From: an uncultured bacterium
GTDB lineage: Bacteria; Zixibacteria; MSB-5A5; JAABVY01; JAHJOQ01
Direction of reading: 5' to 3'
Length of the DNA stretch: 64,000 bases
NCBI GenBank assembly: GCA_965369655.1
Contig: CBDUQR010000009.1
Coordinates: 11,480-75,479, forward strand
Shown here: positions 9,648 through 17,780 of the stretch, in pieces
Layout: each line of letters begins with the position of its first letter
Numbering within the stretch: position 1 is the stretch's first letter
Notes under the pieces: model-generated
The model's input: the letters and a program-made list of their open reading frames with translations, nothing else
Databases searched by the model: none
Told to the model about the DNA's origin: nothing
Program-made: the position numbers and the translations under genes

Positions 9648-10556
9648 ATGTGTCAACTGTGGCAGGCTCTTAAGAACCGTGTGTTGAGGAGATTATTCAA
9701 TTTCTTTGAGTCATTTGGCATCCATGTTCTTCCGGTTCACTATTACAGTCCGATTCCAGATACAAGAGCACTCAAGCGGAACAAGGATATCTTCGAACGG
9801 AGATCAGATCTGCTAGGAGTTGAATTGAATGATGAAGCACAGGTTAGGCTGTTGAAGGAACTCTGCTCCAAGTACTACGAGGAATACAAACTTCTTCCGC
9901 TCGAGTTCACGGGTGATCCGACAGATTACTATTTGAGCAATGGTAGCTTCGGGTTTGTAAGCGGCCAGATGCATTACTGTCTCATAAGACATTTCAAGCC
10001 AAAGAATGTGATTGAAGTCGGGTCGGGTGCTTCCACGTTGCTCACCCTGAAAGCGATTCGCCGAAATGATTCTGAGGCTGTATCTGTCACGAGATTTACG
10101 GCTGTCGAGCCGTATCCTGAAAAGTATCTGAATCGTCTGACCGACGACAATTTCACACTGGTCAAGAGTGAAATACAGGAAGTAACTGTCGACATGTTTG
10201 CTGACTTGAAAGACCGAGACCTTCTCTTCATTGATTCTAGTCACGTCTCAAAGTTCAACAGCGATGTCAATTTCCTGATGTTTGAAGCCTTACCCAGAAT
10301 CGGAAAAGGCGCAATTGTCCACATTCATGATATCCAGTTTCCTCTCGATTACTTCGAGTCCTACATCATAAAGGAGCATCACTTCTGGAACGAGCAGTAC
10401 TTAGTACAGGCGTTTCTTATGTACAACAAAGAGTTTGAGGTGCTCTGGTGCGGCAGTTACATGACGTGGAAATATCCCGAGTTGTTGTCCGAACATTTCC
10501 CTCATTTTGACTTGTCACGCATCTCCACGAGTCTCTATATCCGCAAGGTTGTCTAA
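9648..10556 (+). CDS. Class I SAM-dependent methyltransferase (Methyltransf_24-like)
   Basis: HYYSPIPD, VIEVGSGAST, AVEPYP, LFIDSSHV, VHIHDI, WNEQY motifs; visibly more AT-rich than its neighbours. Confidence 0.85.
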   Translation: MCQLWQALKNRVLRRLFNFFESFGIHVLPVHYYSPIPDTRALKRNKDIFERRSDLLGVELNDEAQVRLLKELCSKYYEEYKLLPLEFTGDPTDYYLSNGSFGFVSGQMHYCLIRHFKPKNVIEVGSGASTLLTLKAIRRNDSEAVSVTRFTAVEPYPEKYLNRLTDDNFTLVKSEIQEVTVDMFADLKDRDLLFIDSSHVSKFNSDVNFLMFEALPRIGKGAIVHIHDIQFPLDYFESYIIKEHHFWNEQYLVQAFLMYNKEFEVLWCGSYMTWKYPELLSEHFPHFDLSRISTSLYIRKVV

Positions 10557-10731
10557 TATATGCTCCAGAATTATTGTGAATAGTTGAAGACTTAGACTTC
10601 TTCTCCCCTGCTGCAGGCGACAGCCCGCTTGAGCACAGCAGCTATCGGGATTATCTGAGGGGTTGGAACAATGGCAATTCTCAGGTTATTCAAGGGCAGT
10701 GACCCGAAGCGAAGCGGTCCTGCCATTGAAT

Positions 10732-10788
10732 GTGCTCACAGAGGCTGTGCCTCTGCGTCAATCGTCGGGGCATAGCCCCGACGAGCAC
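10732..10788. repeat. REP doublet, family A (GTGCT-led inverted pair of hairpins)
   Basis: GTGCT-CACAGAGGC-TGT-GCCTCTGCG ... CGTCGGGGC-ATA-GCCCCGACG-AGCAC; same units as those flanking the RAYT gene. Confidence 0.85.
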
Positions 10789-10827
10789 TGAAATAGTCTT
10801 TCTTTCTTTTCGCGCCTTGCGCGAATT

Positions 10828-10854
10828 GTCGAAACCACAAGGGCTTCGACCTAC
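10828..10854 (-). repeat. REP-like hairpin, family C (GTAG-type)
   Basis: Minus strand GTAGGTCGAAGCCCTTGTGGTTTCGAC. Confidence 0.75.
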
Positions 10855-10936
10855 CCGACTGACCGTCAAGATCATTGACTTCGATCACGATCTGCGTATA
10901 TTGCCAATATCACATATCACATACAGGTGGCTAACC

Positions 10937-11884
10937 ATGAAGAAGTCGGGCAGGCTAATCTATATCATCAATCTGATTCGTAATAACCGGACATTGAATG
11001 CTGAAAAGCTGGCCGAGAGATGCAACGTCACGCGTCGGACAATCTATCGCGATATCGTCGATCTCTCAGAAGCCAATATCCCGGTCTACTATGATCGCGG
11101 CTACAAAATGGCCACGAATACTTTCATGCCGCCGCTCAATTTCGACATCGATGAATTTATCGCAGTTAAACTTGCCCTCGATAGCCATGTGCTCAACGAG
11201 AATTCGCCGTATGAGACCAGCTTGAAAAGAGCGAAGGTAAAGATCGTCACCGCTCTGAATGGAAGCATACCGACCGAACTGAAGACCAGGCCGCTCCGTT
11301 CTCGTATCCGTGGGACATCGACCGATCGTTTCACGGAAGCACGAATCCTGCTGTTTAATCTTGTCGAAAAAGCAATCATGCAGAGCACAAGAATCGGGAT
11401 CACCTACGAGGGACTCAAAGGCGGCAAATCGAACCGTGAAATCGATCCATATTACATCGTGTTCAGGAAACATGCGTTCTACTTGATTGCATTCTGCCAT
11501 CTGAGGGGAGAATATCGGACGTTCAGAATAGGCAGGATCAAAGCCGTTACACTGCTCAGTGAGCGATTTGTCCGGGATGGCAGGTTCACTCTTGAATCGT
11601 ATTTCAAAGATAGCTGGGAAGTGTTCACAGGGCCGCCGGTAGATGTCGAAATACGCTTCACTGGGCAGGCCGCGAGGATTGTGGCCACCGGCAGGCATCA
11701 TAAGGGCGAGAAGATACAACAACTGCGCAACGGCGATGTGATCTACAAGGTCACGACTGCGGGAACCGAGGAAATCAGCCTGTGGCTCAGGCAATTCGGC
11801 GCAGAGGCTAAGGTGGTGAAGCCCGAAGCTCTCAAATCCAGCCTCGCAGCCTTCTACACCGAAGCCACGAAATTGTACCGGTGA
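10937..11884 (+). CDS. HTH-WYL-WCX transcriptional regulator (YafY/PafB-like)
   Basis: LAERCNVTRRTIYRDI HTH; REIDPY..FYLIAFCHLRGEYRTFRIGRI WYL; WLRQFGAEAKVVKP WCX. Start set at MKKSGR because the track's extension runs through repeats. Confidence 0.92.
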   Translation: MKKSGRLIYIINLIRNNRTLNAEKLAERCNVTRRTIYRDIVDLSEANIPVYYDRGYKMATNTFMPPLNFDIDEFIAVKLALDSHVLNENSPYETSLKRAKVKIVTALNGSIPTELKTRPLRSRIRGTSTDRFTEARILLFNLVEKAIMQSTRIGITYEGLKGGKSNREIDPYYIVFRKHAFYLIAFCHLRGEYRTFRIGRIKAVTLLSERFVRDGRFTLESYFKDSWEVFTGPPVDVEIRFTGQAARIVATGRHHKGEKIQQLRNGDVIYKVTTAGTEEISLWLRQFGAEAKVVKPEALKSSLAAFYTEATKLYR

Positions 11885-11973
11885 GCATTCTGCTTTTTCC
11901 TTGAACTCGACGTATTCCAGTATATATTGCAATGTTCTGAGTAGTTTTGTTACTGAGTTTATTGGAGAATCTT

Positions 11974-12531
11974 ATGATTAGCACTTCTGACTTTCGCAAG
12001 GGCCTGAGAATCAAAATAGAGGGACAGCCATACTACGTTGTCGATTTCCAGCATACGAAGGTTGCGCGCGGCGGCGCGACCGTGAAAACAAAACTCAAAC
12101 ACATCAAGACCGGCAATGTGATCGACAGGACATTCAACGGCGGTGAGCAGTTCGAGAAGCCTGATTTCGACGACCGTAAGATGCAGTATATGTACAACGA
12201 CGGCAACGAATGGAATTTCATGGATGCCGCCACCTTCGATCAGATCGGGATTCCGAAAGACAAGCTTGGAGACAGTATCTGGTATCTGAAAGAAAACAAC
12301 GAATACCATATTCTCTTCTTCGAGGGTGAACCGATATCTCTCGATCTTCCGCCTGCTGTTATCTTTGAGGTCACCGAAGCCGAGCCAGCAATCAAGGGCG
12401 ACACAGTCAGCAACGTGATGAAAGGCGCGACTGTCGAGACCGGTCTCCAGGTCAAAGTGCCTATGTTCGTCAAGGTGGGCGACCGGATCAAGATTGACAC
12501 GCGCGAAGGCAAATATATAGAGCGGGCGTAG
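11974..12531 (+). CDS. efp: Elongation factor P
   Basis: MISTSDFRKGL..., KGDT...KGATVETGLQVKVPMFVKVGDRIKIDTREGKYIER; GGAG RBS. Confidence 0.97.
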   Translation: MISTSDFRKGLRIKIEGQPYYVVDFQHTKVARGGATVKTKLKHIKTGNVIDRTFNGGEQFEKPDFDDRKMQYMYNDGNEWNFMDAATFDQIGIPKDKLGDSIWYLKENNEYHILFFEGEPISLDLPPAVIFEVTEAEPAIKGDTVSNVMKGATVETGLQVKVPMFVKVGDRIKIDTREGKYIERA

Positions 12532-13200
12532 GTGAGCGAAACAAGCCAGATTTCCTCAAGCTACATCGGTACTGACGAGTCGGGCAAAGGGGACTATTTC
12601 GGGCCGTTGGTCGTTGCCGCCGTCCTTGTAACCGACGAAACGAAGGATGGACTGCTCGGGCTGGATGTCAAGGACTCGAAACGGACGACTGACAAGAAGG
12701 TTTGCAGGATTGCCGCTCGCATCGAGGCCGAGTATCCATACTCGGTTGTCGCCGTAGGGGCTGAGAAGTACAACGATCTCTATTCGAAAATCCGCAACCT
12801 CAACAGATTACTCGCGTGGGCTCATGCTAGAGCTATCGAGAACCTGCTCGATAAATGCGACGTCAAGCTCGCTGTGACCGACCAGTTCGGAGATCCGAGA
12901 TATGTCGAAAGCGCGCTTATGAAAAAGGGGCGCGAGATCAGGCTCGTGCAGGAAGTGCGAGCCGAGAAGTACATCGGAGTCGCGGCCGCCTCGATAGTCG
13001 CCAGAGCCAGGTTTCTCGGCTATCTCGACCGATACGGCTCGGAGTACGATCTCAAGTTCCCCAAGGGCGCAGGCACGAATGTCGATGAAGCCGCCGCCGA
13101 ATTCTGTCGGCGTTACAATCGCGGAGATCTCGGCAAGGTCGCCAAGCTTCACTTCAAGAACACCTCGAAAGTAGAACGTCTCTTGCAGGTCGGTCGGTAG
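12532..13200 (+). CDS. rnhC: Ribonuclease HIII (catalytic domain only)
   Basis: IGTDESGKGDYFGPLVVAAV, VKDSK, TDQFG, VAAASIVAR, FPKGAG, VAKLHFKN. Confidence 0.85.
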   Translation: MSETSQISSSYIGTDESGKGDYFGPLVVAAVLVTDETKDGLLGLDVKDSKRTTDKKVCRIAARIEAEYPYSVVAVGAEKYNDLYSKIRNLNRLLAWAHARAIENLLDKCDVKLAVTDQFGDPRYVESALMKKGREIRLVQEVRAEKYIGVAAASIVARARFLGYLDRYGSEYDLKFPKGAGTNVDEAAAEFCRRYNRGDLGKVAKLHFKNTSKVERLLQVGR

Positions 13201-13256
13201 CCCGGATTTTGTTACAACTGCCGGTTGACAATCGGCGTTCCAATATCGATTAGTGC

Positions 13257-13335
13257 GTGGCCGGCAGACCTCCCGGTCTGCCGCATTCCAGCGGTTGCCG
13301 ACCCAACGGGGCAGACGAGGACGTTTGCCGCCCAC
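13257..13335. repeat. REP doublet, family B
   Basis: GTGGCCGGCAGAC-CTCCCG-GTCTGCCG ... GGGGCAGACGAGGACGTTTGCCGCCCAC; near-identical pair at 27513-27587. Confidence 0.85.
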
Positions 13336-13425
13336 AGTAACAGTATACTTCAGGTCTGGCTATGCGGCAGTTTCATGCTGAAACGGTCAGCGTATGGAGC
13401 TGCGCGCCAGCCTCTCCTATCTGCT

Positions 13426-13452
13426 TAATTGTCAATCGCTAAGTGACGATAA
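13426..13452 (+). promoter_or_regulatory. Possible sigma28 (FliA)-type promoter
   Basis: TAAT-N15-GACGATAA compared with consensus TAAA-N15-GCCGATAA, about 35 bp before ATG 13487. Confidence 0.35.
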
Positions 13453-13486
13453 GATATGAGATGAGGTATATCTCTGAAGGGGAAGT

Positions 13487-15109
13487 ATGTCCGAACTAAC
13501 GGTTGCGCTTGCGTTTGTGATGCTGGTCGGCGTTTCTGCCGTCGTGTGGCGACGATATGATGCGTCACGTATTCAACTGCGGGGCTGCATGATGCAACTC
13601 AGCCTCGGGTTGACGCTCATCGCAGTCGGGATGGCTGTCGTACTCGTGGCGTCCACCGGTCAGGTTGATCGTGTTTTCAGCATTCCGCTGCGCACAATCG
13701 CAATATCAATTTCGATGATTGTCGGAGCGCTGATGGTGGTGAGCGCTGTGCTCCAGATACTGACTGTGTCAGCTCGATCATCTGAGCCATCGCTTGAAGC
13801 AGTCCGCGACGATGCGATCAGGCTTGCCATTCTGAAGGATGCGCATTCACAGCTTCTGACACTTGCGACATCAGGCTCCGAAATCTCAGAAACGCTTGCG
13901 ACGGGTGGCCCGATGCTCAGGGCGTTTGTGAAGCATGACATGGTTTCCTTAGCAGTAGTCGATGATAAGCTTGCGGATATGAAAAGATATTCTGTCACGG
14001 ACTCGGGCAATCGGATACTGGAGAGAGGTCTGTCGTTCCCGGTTTCCGATACCGCCGTCGAGCAGGTGGTCGAATCGCACAAAGCAAGTATCACCGGCGC
14101 GCTCAGTGGAGTCCGGTACCGAGATGATGCCTGGCTGACGAAGTGCGGGTTCAGGTCGCGCATATCCGTGCCTGTTGTTCAGAACGACCGAGTAATGGGC
14201 GTGCTGTCGTTCGTCTCAATGTCTGAGCATGCATACTCCGATGATGATATCTCGCGGGCATCGATGCTGACCGATGTCTTCGCAGTTGCGATAAAGCTGT
14301 CCAGCGCAGAGCGCAAACTCAAGTCTTTCAGATCGCATGTCACTGAGTCCTGGGAGTTGTTGTCGCGGATGGTCGCTTCCGGCGACATCGGCAGCTTCCA
14401 GCGCGAACTTGTAAAATACTTCACCGACACTCTGCCTGCAACATGCTGCCGGCTGTCAGTCTATGAGAAATTCTCCGGCACACTGACATGTTTAGCCGAA
14501 CATTACAGGCGCAGACATAGCGCCGGATCAAATAGGATGACGACCCCTGTTCGCATCGACAGAATGCCCTGTCACAGCTCGGCAGTCCGGTCAGAGGAAG
14601 TTGTCGTGTTCAATCAATCTGACAGAAAGAGAACCATGACCGACGAAGAAGTCGGACTTGGATTCCCGGACAGCATGCATTCAGGGATGATTCTTCCTCT
14701 GAAAATAGGCGGCAGAGTTCGTGGGATCATCTCCGTTGGAGAGATACGCGAGTGGAAACGTCGGTCGTTTTCGTCCGATGACATAGCCTGCGCCGAAATG
14801 ATGGCAGCCCAGGCGTCACTCGCAATCGCTATGTCGGAGTCAGATGCTCGAGGTGTCTCGATTCCGGAACCCGGTAACATTTCCATTGATGACGGGTTGC
14901 TGTCTCTTGTTAACAGACGCATGGTCAGTCCGCTCTCTTCCATACTTGGCGCGACAGAATTGCTCGAAAAAGAAGCAGAGCCTGACAAAGGGAAATCTCA
15001 GGAATATGTCGCGATCATCAGACGCAATGTCGAGAAGGCGGTGAAGGCGCTCGATGAATTCAGAGAACTGAGAAAGCTGTCAGATACTGGTAATAACGTC
15101 TATCGGTAA
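13487..15109 (+). CDS. Membrane-anchored tandem-GAF protein with a degenerate HisKA-like C-terminus
   Basis: Three hydrophobic N-terminal helices; RSRISVPVV..GVLSF and SGMILPLK..GIISV GAF motifs; NRRMVSPLSSILGATELL without His; no HATPase domain. Confidence 0.75.
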   Translation: MSELTVALAFVMLVGVSAVVWRRYDASRIQLRGCMMQLSLGLTLIAVGMAVVLVASTGQVDRVFSIPLRTIAISISMIVGALMVVSAVLQILTVSARSSEPSLEAVRDDAIRLAILKDAHSQLLTLATSGSEISETLATGGPMLRAFVKHDMVSLAVVDDKLADMKRYSVTDSGNRILERGLSFPVSDTAVEQVVESHKASITGALSGVRYRDDAWLTKCGFRSRISVPVVQNDRVMGVLSFVSMSEHAYSDDDISRASMLTDVFAVAIKLSSAERKLKSFRSHVTESWELLSRMVASGDIGSFQRELVKYFTDTLPATCCRLSVYEKFSGTLTCLAEHYRRRHSAGSNRMTTPVRIDRMPCHSSAVRSEEVVVFNQSDRKRTMTDEEVGLGFPDSMHSGMILPLKIGGRVRGIISVGEIREWKRRSFSSDDIACAEMMAAQASLAIAMSESDARGVSIPEPGNISIDDGLLSLVNRRMVSPLSSILGATELLEKEAEPDKGKSQEYVAIIRRNVEKAVKALDEFRELRKLSDTGNNVYR

Positions 15110-15121
15110 GGTTATCCGGCG

Positions 15122-15625
15122 ATGACTGGTCATTCGGATTTCAGAACTGTGCTGAGCGACAAGTATGGATTGGACTTTGACGACTGTCAGGCAGTTACCG
15201 AAGCGGCAGAGTTTATCTCTTTCGCAAAGGATCTGTACGATGCGGAGAGCAGCCGAAAGAACGTGCGCATTCTTGTGGCGACTGAAGTTGTCGGGCAGGA
15301 TATCGCGGCGGGAATTCCCGACGCCAACGTTCGCTACGTGAGAGACGCTGTCTCTGCCGCAGCGGCGTTGATCGAAGAGCCGGTGGATCTTCTTGTGTGC
15401 GACCTGACAGTGCTCCTCGATCCAGTGGTACGGGATATTTGTCGGAGAGGCGGTGCGCACTGCAGGATTGCGCTCTTGTCGACATGGGGCGGGCAGATAC
15501 TCAGTCACTCTGATCTGCTCTCTGAGTCGGACAGGATCATTCCAATGGATCGCGTGGGCGTTGAACTGTCCGAATTTGTTCACGAGATGTCGGCAGAAGG
15601 ATGGATTGAGCGTCAACATGAGTGA
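15122..15625 (+). CDS. Hypothetical protein, possibly a degenerate receiver domain
   Basis: 167-aa ORF overlapping the next gene; VRILVAT...EPVDLLVCD resembles REC beta1/beta3. Confidence 0.55.
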   Translation: MTGHSDFRTVLSDKYGLDFDDCQAVTEAAEFISFAKDLYDAESSRKNVRILVATEVVGQDIAAGIPDANVRYVRDAVSAAAALIEEPVDLLVCDLTVLLDPVVRDICRRGGAHCRIALLSTWGGQILSHSDLLSESDRIIPMDRVGVELSEFVHEMSAEGWIERQHE

Positions 15626-17780
15626 TTCGATTTCAGCAATCTCTGTGCGGAGCAGGGGGAGCGCTCAACAGACGGTATCCGCCCTCAGGCAGTTGCTCAA
15701 GCAAATATCTGTGTCGCACAACACCGACTACCTGACCATACTCGATGCTGATCAGCTTGGCGTCGATGTCTCGGATGTGACTGTTTTCTCGGGTGCAGTC
15801 GGCGATGTGCTCGAACCGTCGTTCATCGCAACCGTCATGCGCGAAACATGCGAGTGCGGCTATTCTCGACCAATTTACTTCTGTCCTGATTTGCGCAAGA
15901 GTGAAAATGATGCGATACAGGCATCCGGTATCTACTCGGTGGCTGTCATACCGCTTCGCGTCGAATCGATGACGGGATCTTGTCTGGTGATGGTATGGAT
16001 TCGAGAGAAGCGCTCTTTGTCGAGTGAAGATCTCGAGAATCTGATATTCTATGGTCGCCTCGTTGCAGTTCTGTGCTGGAATATTCTGAGTGTCCGGACA
16101 GTCAGCGAGCAGTCGGAGCGGCTCTCTGCCCTGATCGATCTCTCTACGACGATATACTCGTCGCTGAACTACCAGGCTGTATTGCAGAAGGTGATCGATT
16201 TCGCAAGATCGCTTGCGTCCGCCACGTATGCGACAATCTATATCCTTGACCATGAACAGAAACGACTTCAGCCGTTCTTGTCCAACTGTGCGGGTGACAA
16301 GGTCTGCGTCGCCGGGTCCTCGATTGATCTGGGGACCGGGGCGGAGGGCGAAGCGGCGTCGAGGGGAGAGGGTGTGATTGTTAACGGTGTTTCCTCCGAC
16401 CATTCGAAAGGCGGTTCACGCCTCGCTCTGCCGCTCATCTCCTCGGGTGAGACGACAGGCGTGCTGAGTGTACACAGGGAATCCGGTATGCTCTTTACGC
16501 TGGAGGATCTCCAGTTTCTGTCGATATTCGCTCGTCAGGCCGCCGATGTTATCGAAAACGCTCGAATGTTCCGGGACCTTCAGGACGCCTACGAAAAGCT
16601 CTTCGCCACACAGAAACAGATGGTAGAAACTGAGAGAATGCGCGTCATGGGTGAGATGGCTTGCGGCGTCGCGCATGATTTCAATAATATCCTCGGGTCG
16701 ATACTTGGTCGTGCCCAATTGCTTCAGCGCAAGACCAGCGATGAATGTACTATGGCAGGTCTCGCTGAGATCGAAAAGCTTGCCCTGCAGGGCGCTGATA
16801 CTGTGAGGCGAACGCAGGAATTCGCTCGGGTCCGAAGCAAGGTTGCCAGGCGGCAGGTGATGATAAACGACGTCATCAAACAGGCGGTCCAGACAACCAG
16901 GCCGTTGTGGAAGGAACAGGCTCAGTTCAACCTTGCGGAAATCGACGTTACGACGAATCTCGCAGCCGAGCAGCCCATTGCGGGATCATTCGACGAACTG
17001 GTCGACGCCATGACAAGTCTCATTCAGAATGCTGTCGAGGCGATGCCGAAAGGCGGCAGGATCGAAATCAGCAGCTATGATCGCGGTGATGAGGTCGTTG
17101 TCGAAGTCGTTGACGACGGCGAGGGCATGTTGGATGAAGTCCGTGAAAAAGCATTCTATCCATTTTTCTCAACCAAAGGCGGAGGCAAGGCCGGTCTGGG
17201 GTTGAGTGTCGCATACGGTGTGCTCAGGAGGCATAAGGCATCGGTAGAAATCGAATCGCAGGAAGGCGAGGGGACCCGTGTTCGTATCGTGTTCCAGGCT
17301 CGTCCGGAACTGAGAGAAGCCGAACCTGTTGCCGTTGTGTCCGCGGATCCGGAAGGTCTCAGCGTGCTTCTCGTTGATGACGATAAATCGTTGCTGGAGG
17401 TTACATCGGAACTTCTCGAAGTCCTCGGGCACAATGTCGTTACGGCTGAGGAGGGAATCGAGGCGCTTTCTCGGTTCGATGCCGGAGAGTTCGATATGGT
17501 CGTGACGGATCTCGGTCTGCCCGGAATGTCGGGATGGGACATTGCGAATGCGGTCAAACTCAGAAAACCGGGCATACCCGTCGTTCTGATTTCGGGATGG
17601 GGTGCGCAGATAAGCGAATCAGAAATCAGGAAACAGAACGTCGATCTCGTCGTCCCGAAACCCTTCACGATGAAACAGCTTGGTGACGCGATCCGGAAAG
17701 TGTACTCGTCCGGGCAGACGGACAAGAGCATAGCACAGCTCAGTATGTGTGATATCGAGGTGGAGGAGTCTGACAGGTGA
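15618..17780 (+). CDS. Hybrid sensor histidine kinase (GAF-GAF-HisKA-HATPase-REC)
   Basis: GVAHDFNNILG; NAVEAMPKGG; DDGEGM; PFFSTKG..GLGLS; VLLVDDD...VVTDLGLPGMSG..PKPF. Confidence 0.93.
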   Translation: MSDSISAISVRSRGSAQQTVSALRQLLKQISVSHNTDYLTILDADQLGVDVSDVTVFSGAVGDVLEPSFIATVMRETCECGYSRPIYFCPDLRKSENDAIQASGIYSVAVIPLRVESMTGSCLVMVWIREKRSLSSEDLENLIFYGRLVAVLCWNILSVRTVSEQSERLSALIDLSTTIYSSLNYQAVLQKVIDFARSLASATYATIYILDHEQKRLQPFLSNCAGDKVCVAGSSIDLGTGAEGEAASRGEGVIVNGVSSDHSKGGSRLALPLISSGETTGVLSVHRESGMLFTLEDLQFLSIFARQAADVIENARMFRDLQDAYEKLFATQKQMVETERMRVMGEMACGVAHDFNNILGSILGRAQLLQRKTSDECTMAGLAEIEKLALQGADTVRRTQEFARVRSKVARRQVMINDVIKQAVQTTRPLWKEQAQFNLAEIDVTTNLAAEQPIAGSFDELVDAMTSLIQNAVEAMPKGGRIEISSYDRGDEVVVEVVDDGEGMLDEVREKAFYPFFSTKGGGKAGLGLSVAYGVLRRHKASVEIESQEGEGTRVRIVFQARPELREAEPVAVVSADPEGLSVLLVDDDKSLLEVTSELLEVLGHNVVTAEEGIEALSRFDAGEFDMVVTDLGLPGMSGWDIANAVKLRKPGIPVVLISGWGAQISESEIRKQNVDLVVPKPFTMKQLGDAIRKVYSSGQTDKSIAQLSMCDIEVEESDR

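Noticed and set aside
10730-10936. Track N-terminal extensions (WYL from 10730, kinase from 15453, Omp85 from 19851, nuclease-like ORF from 58421)
   Set aside because: They run through repeats or overlap upstream genes; downstream starts fit domain boundaries better.
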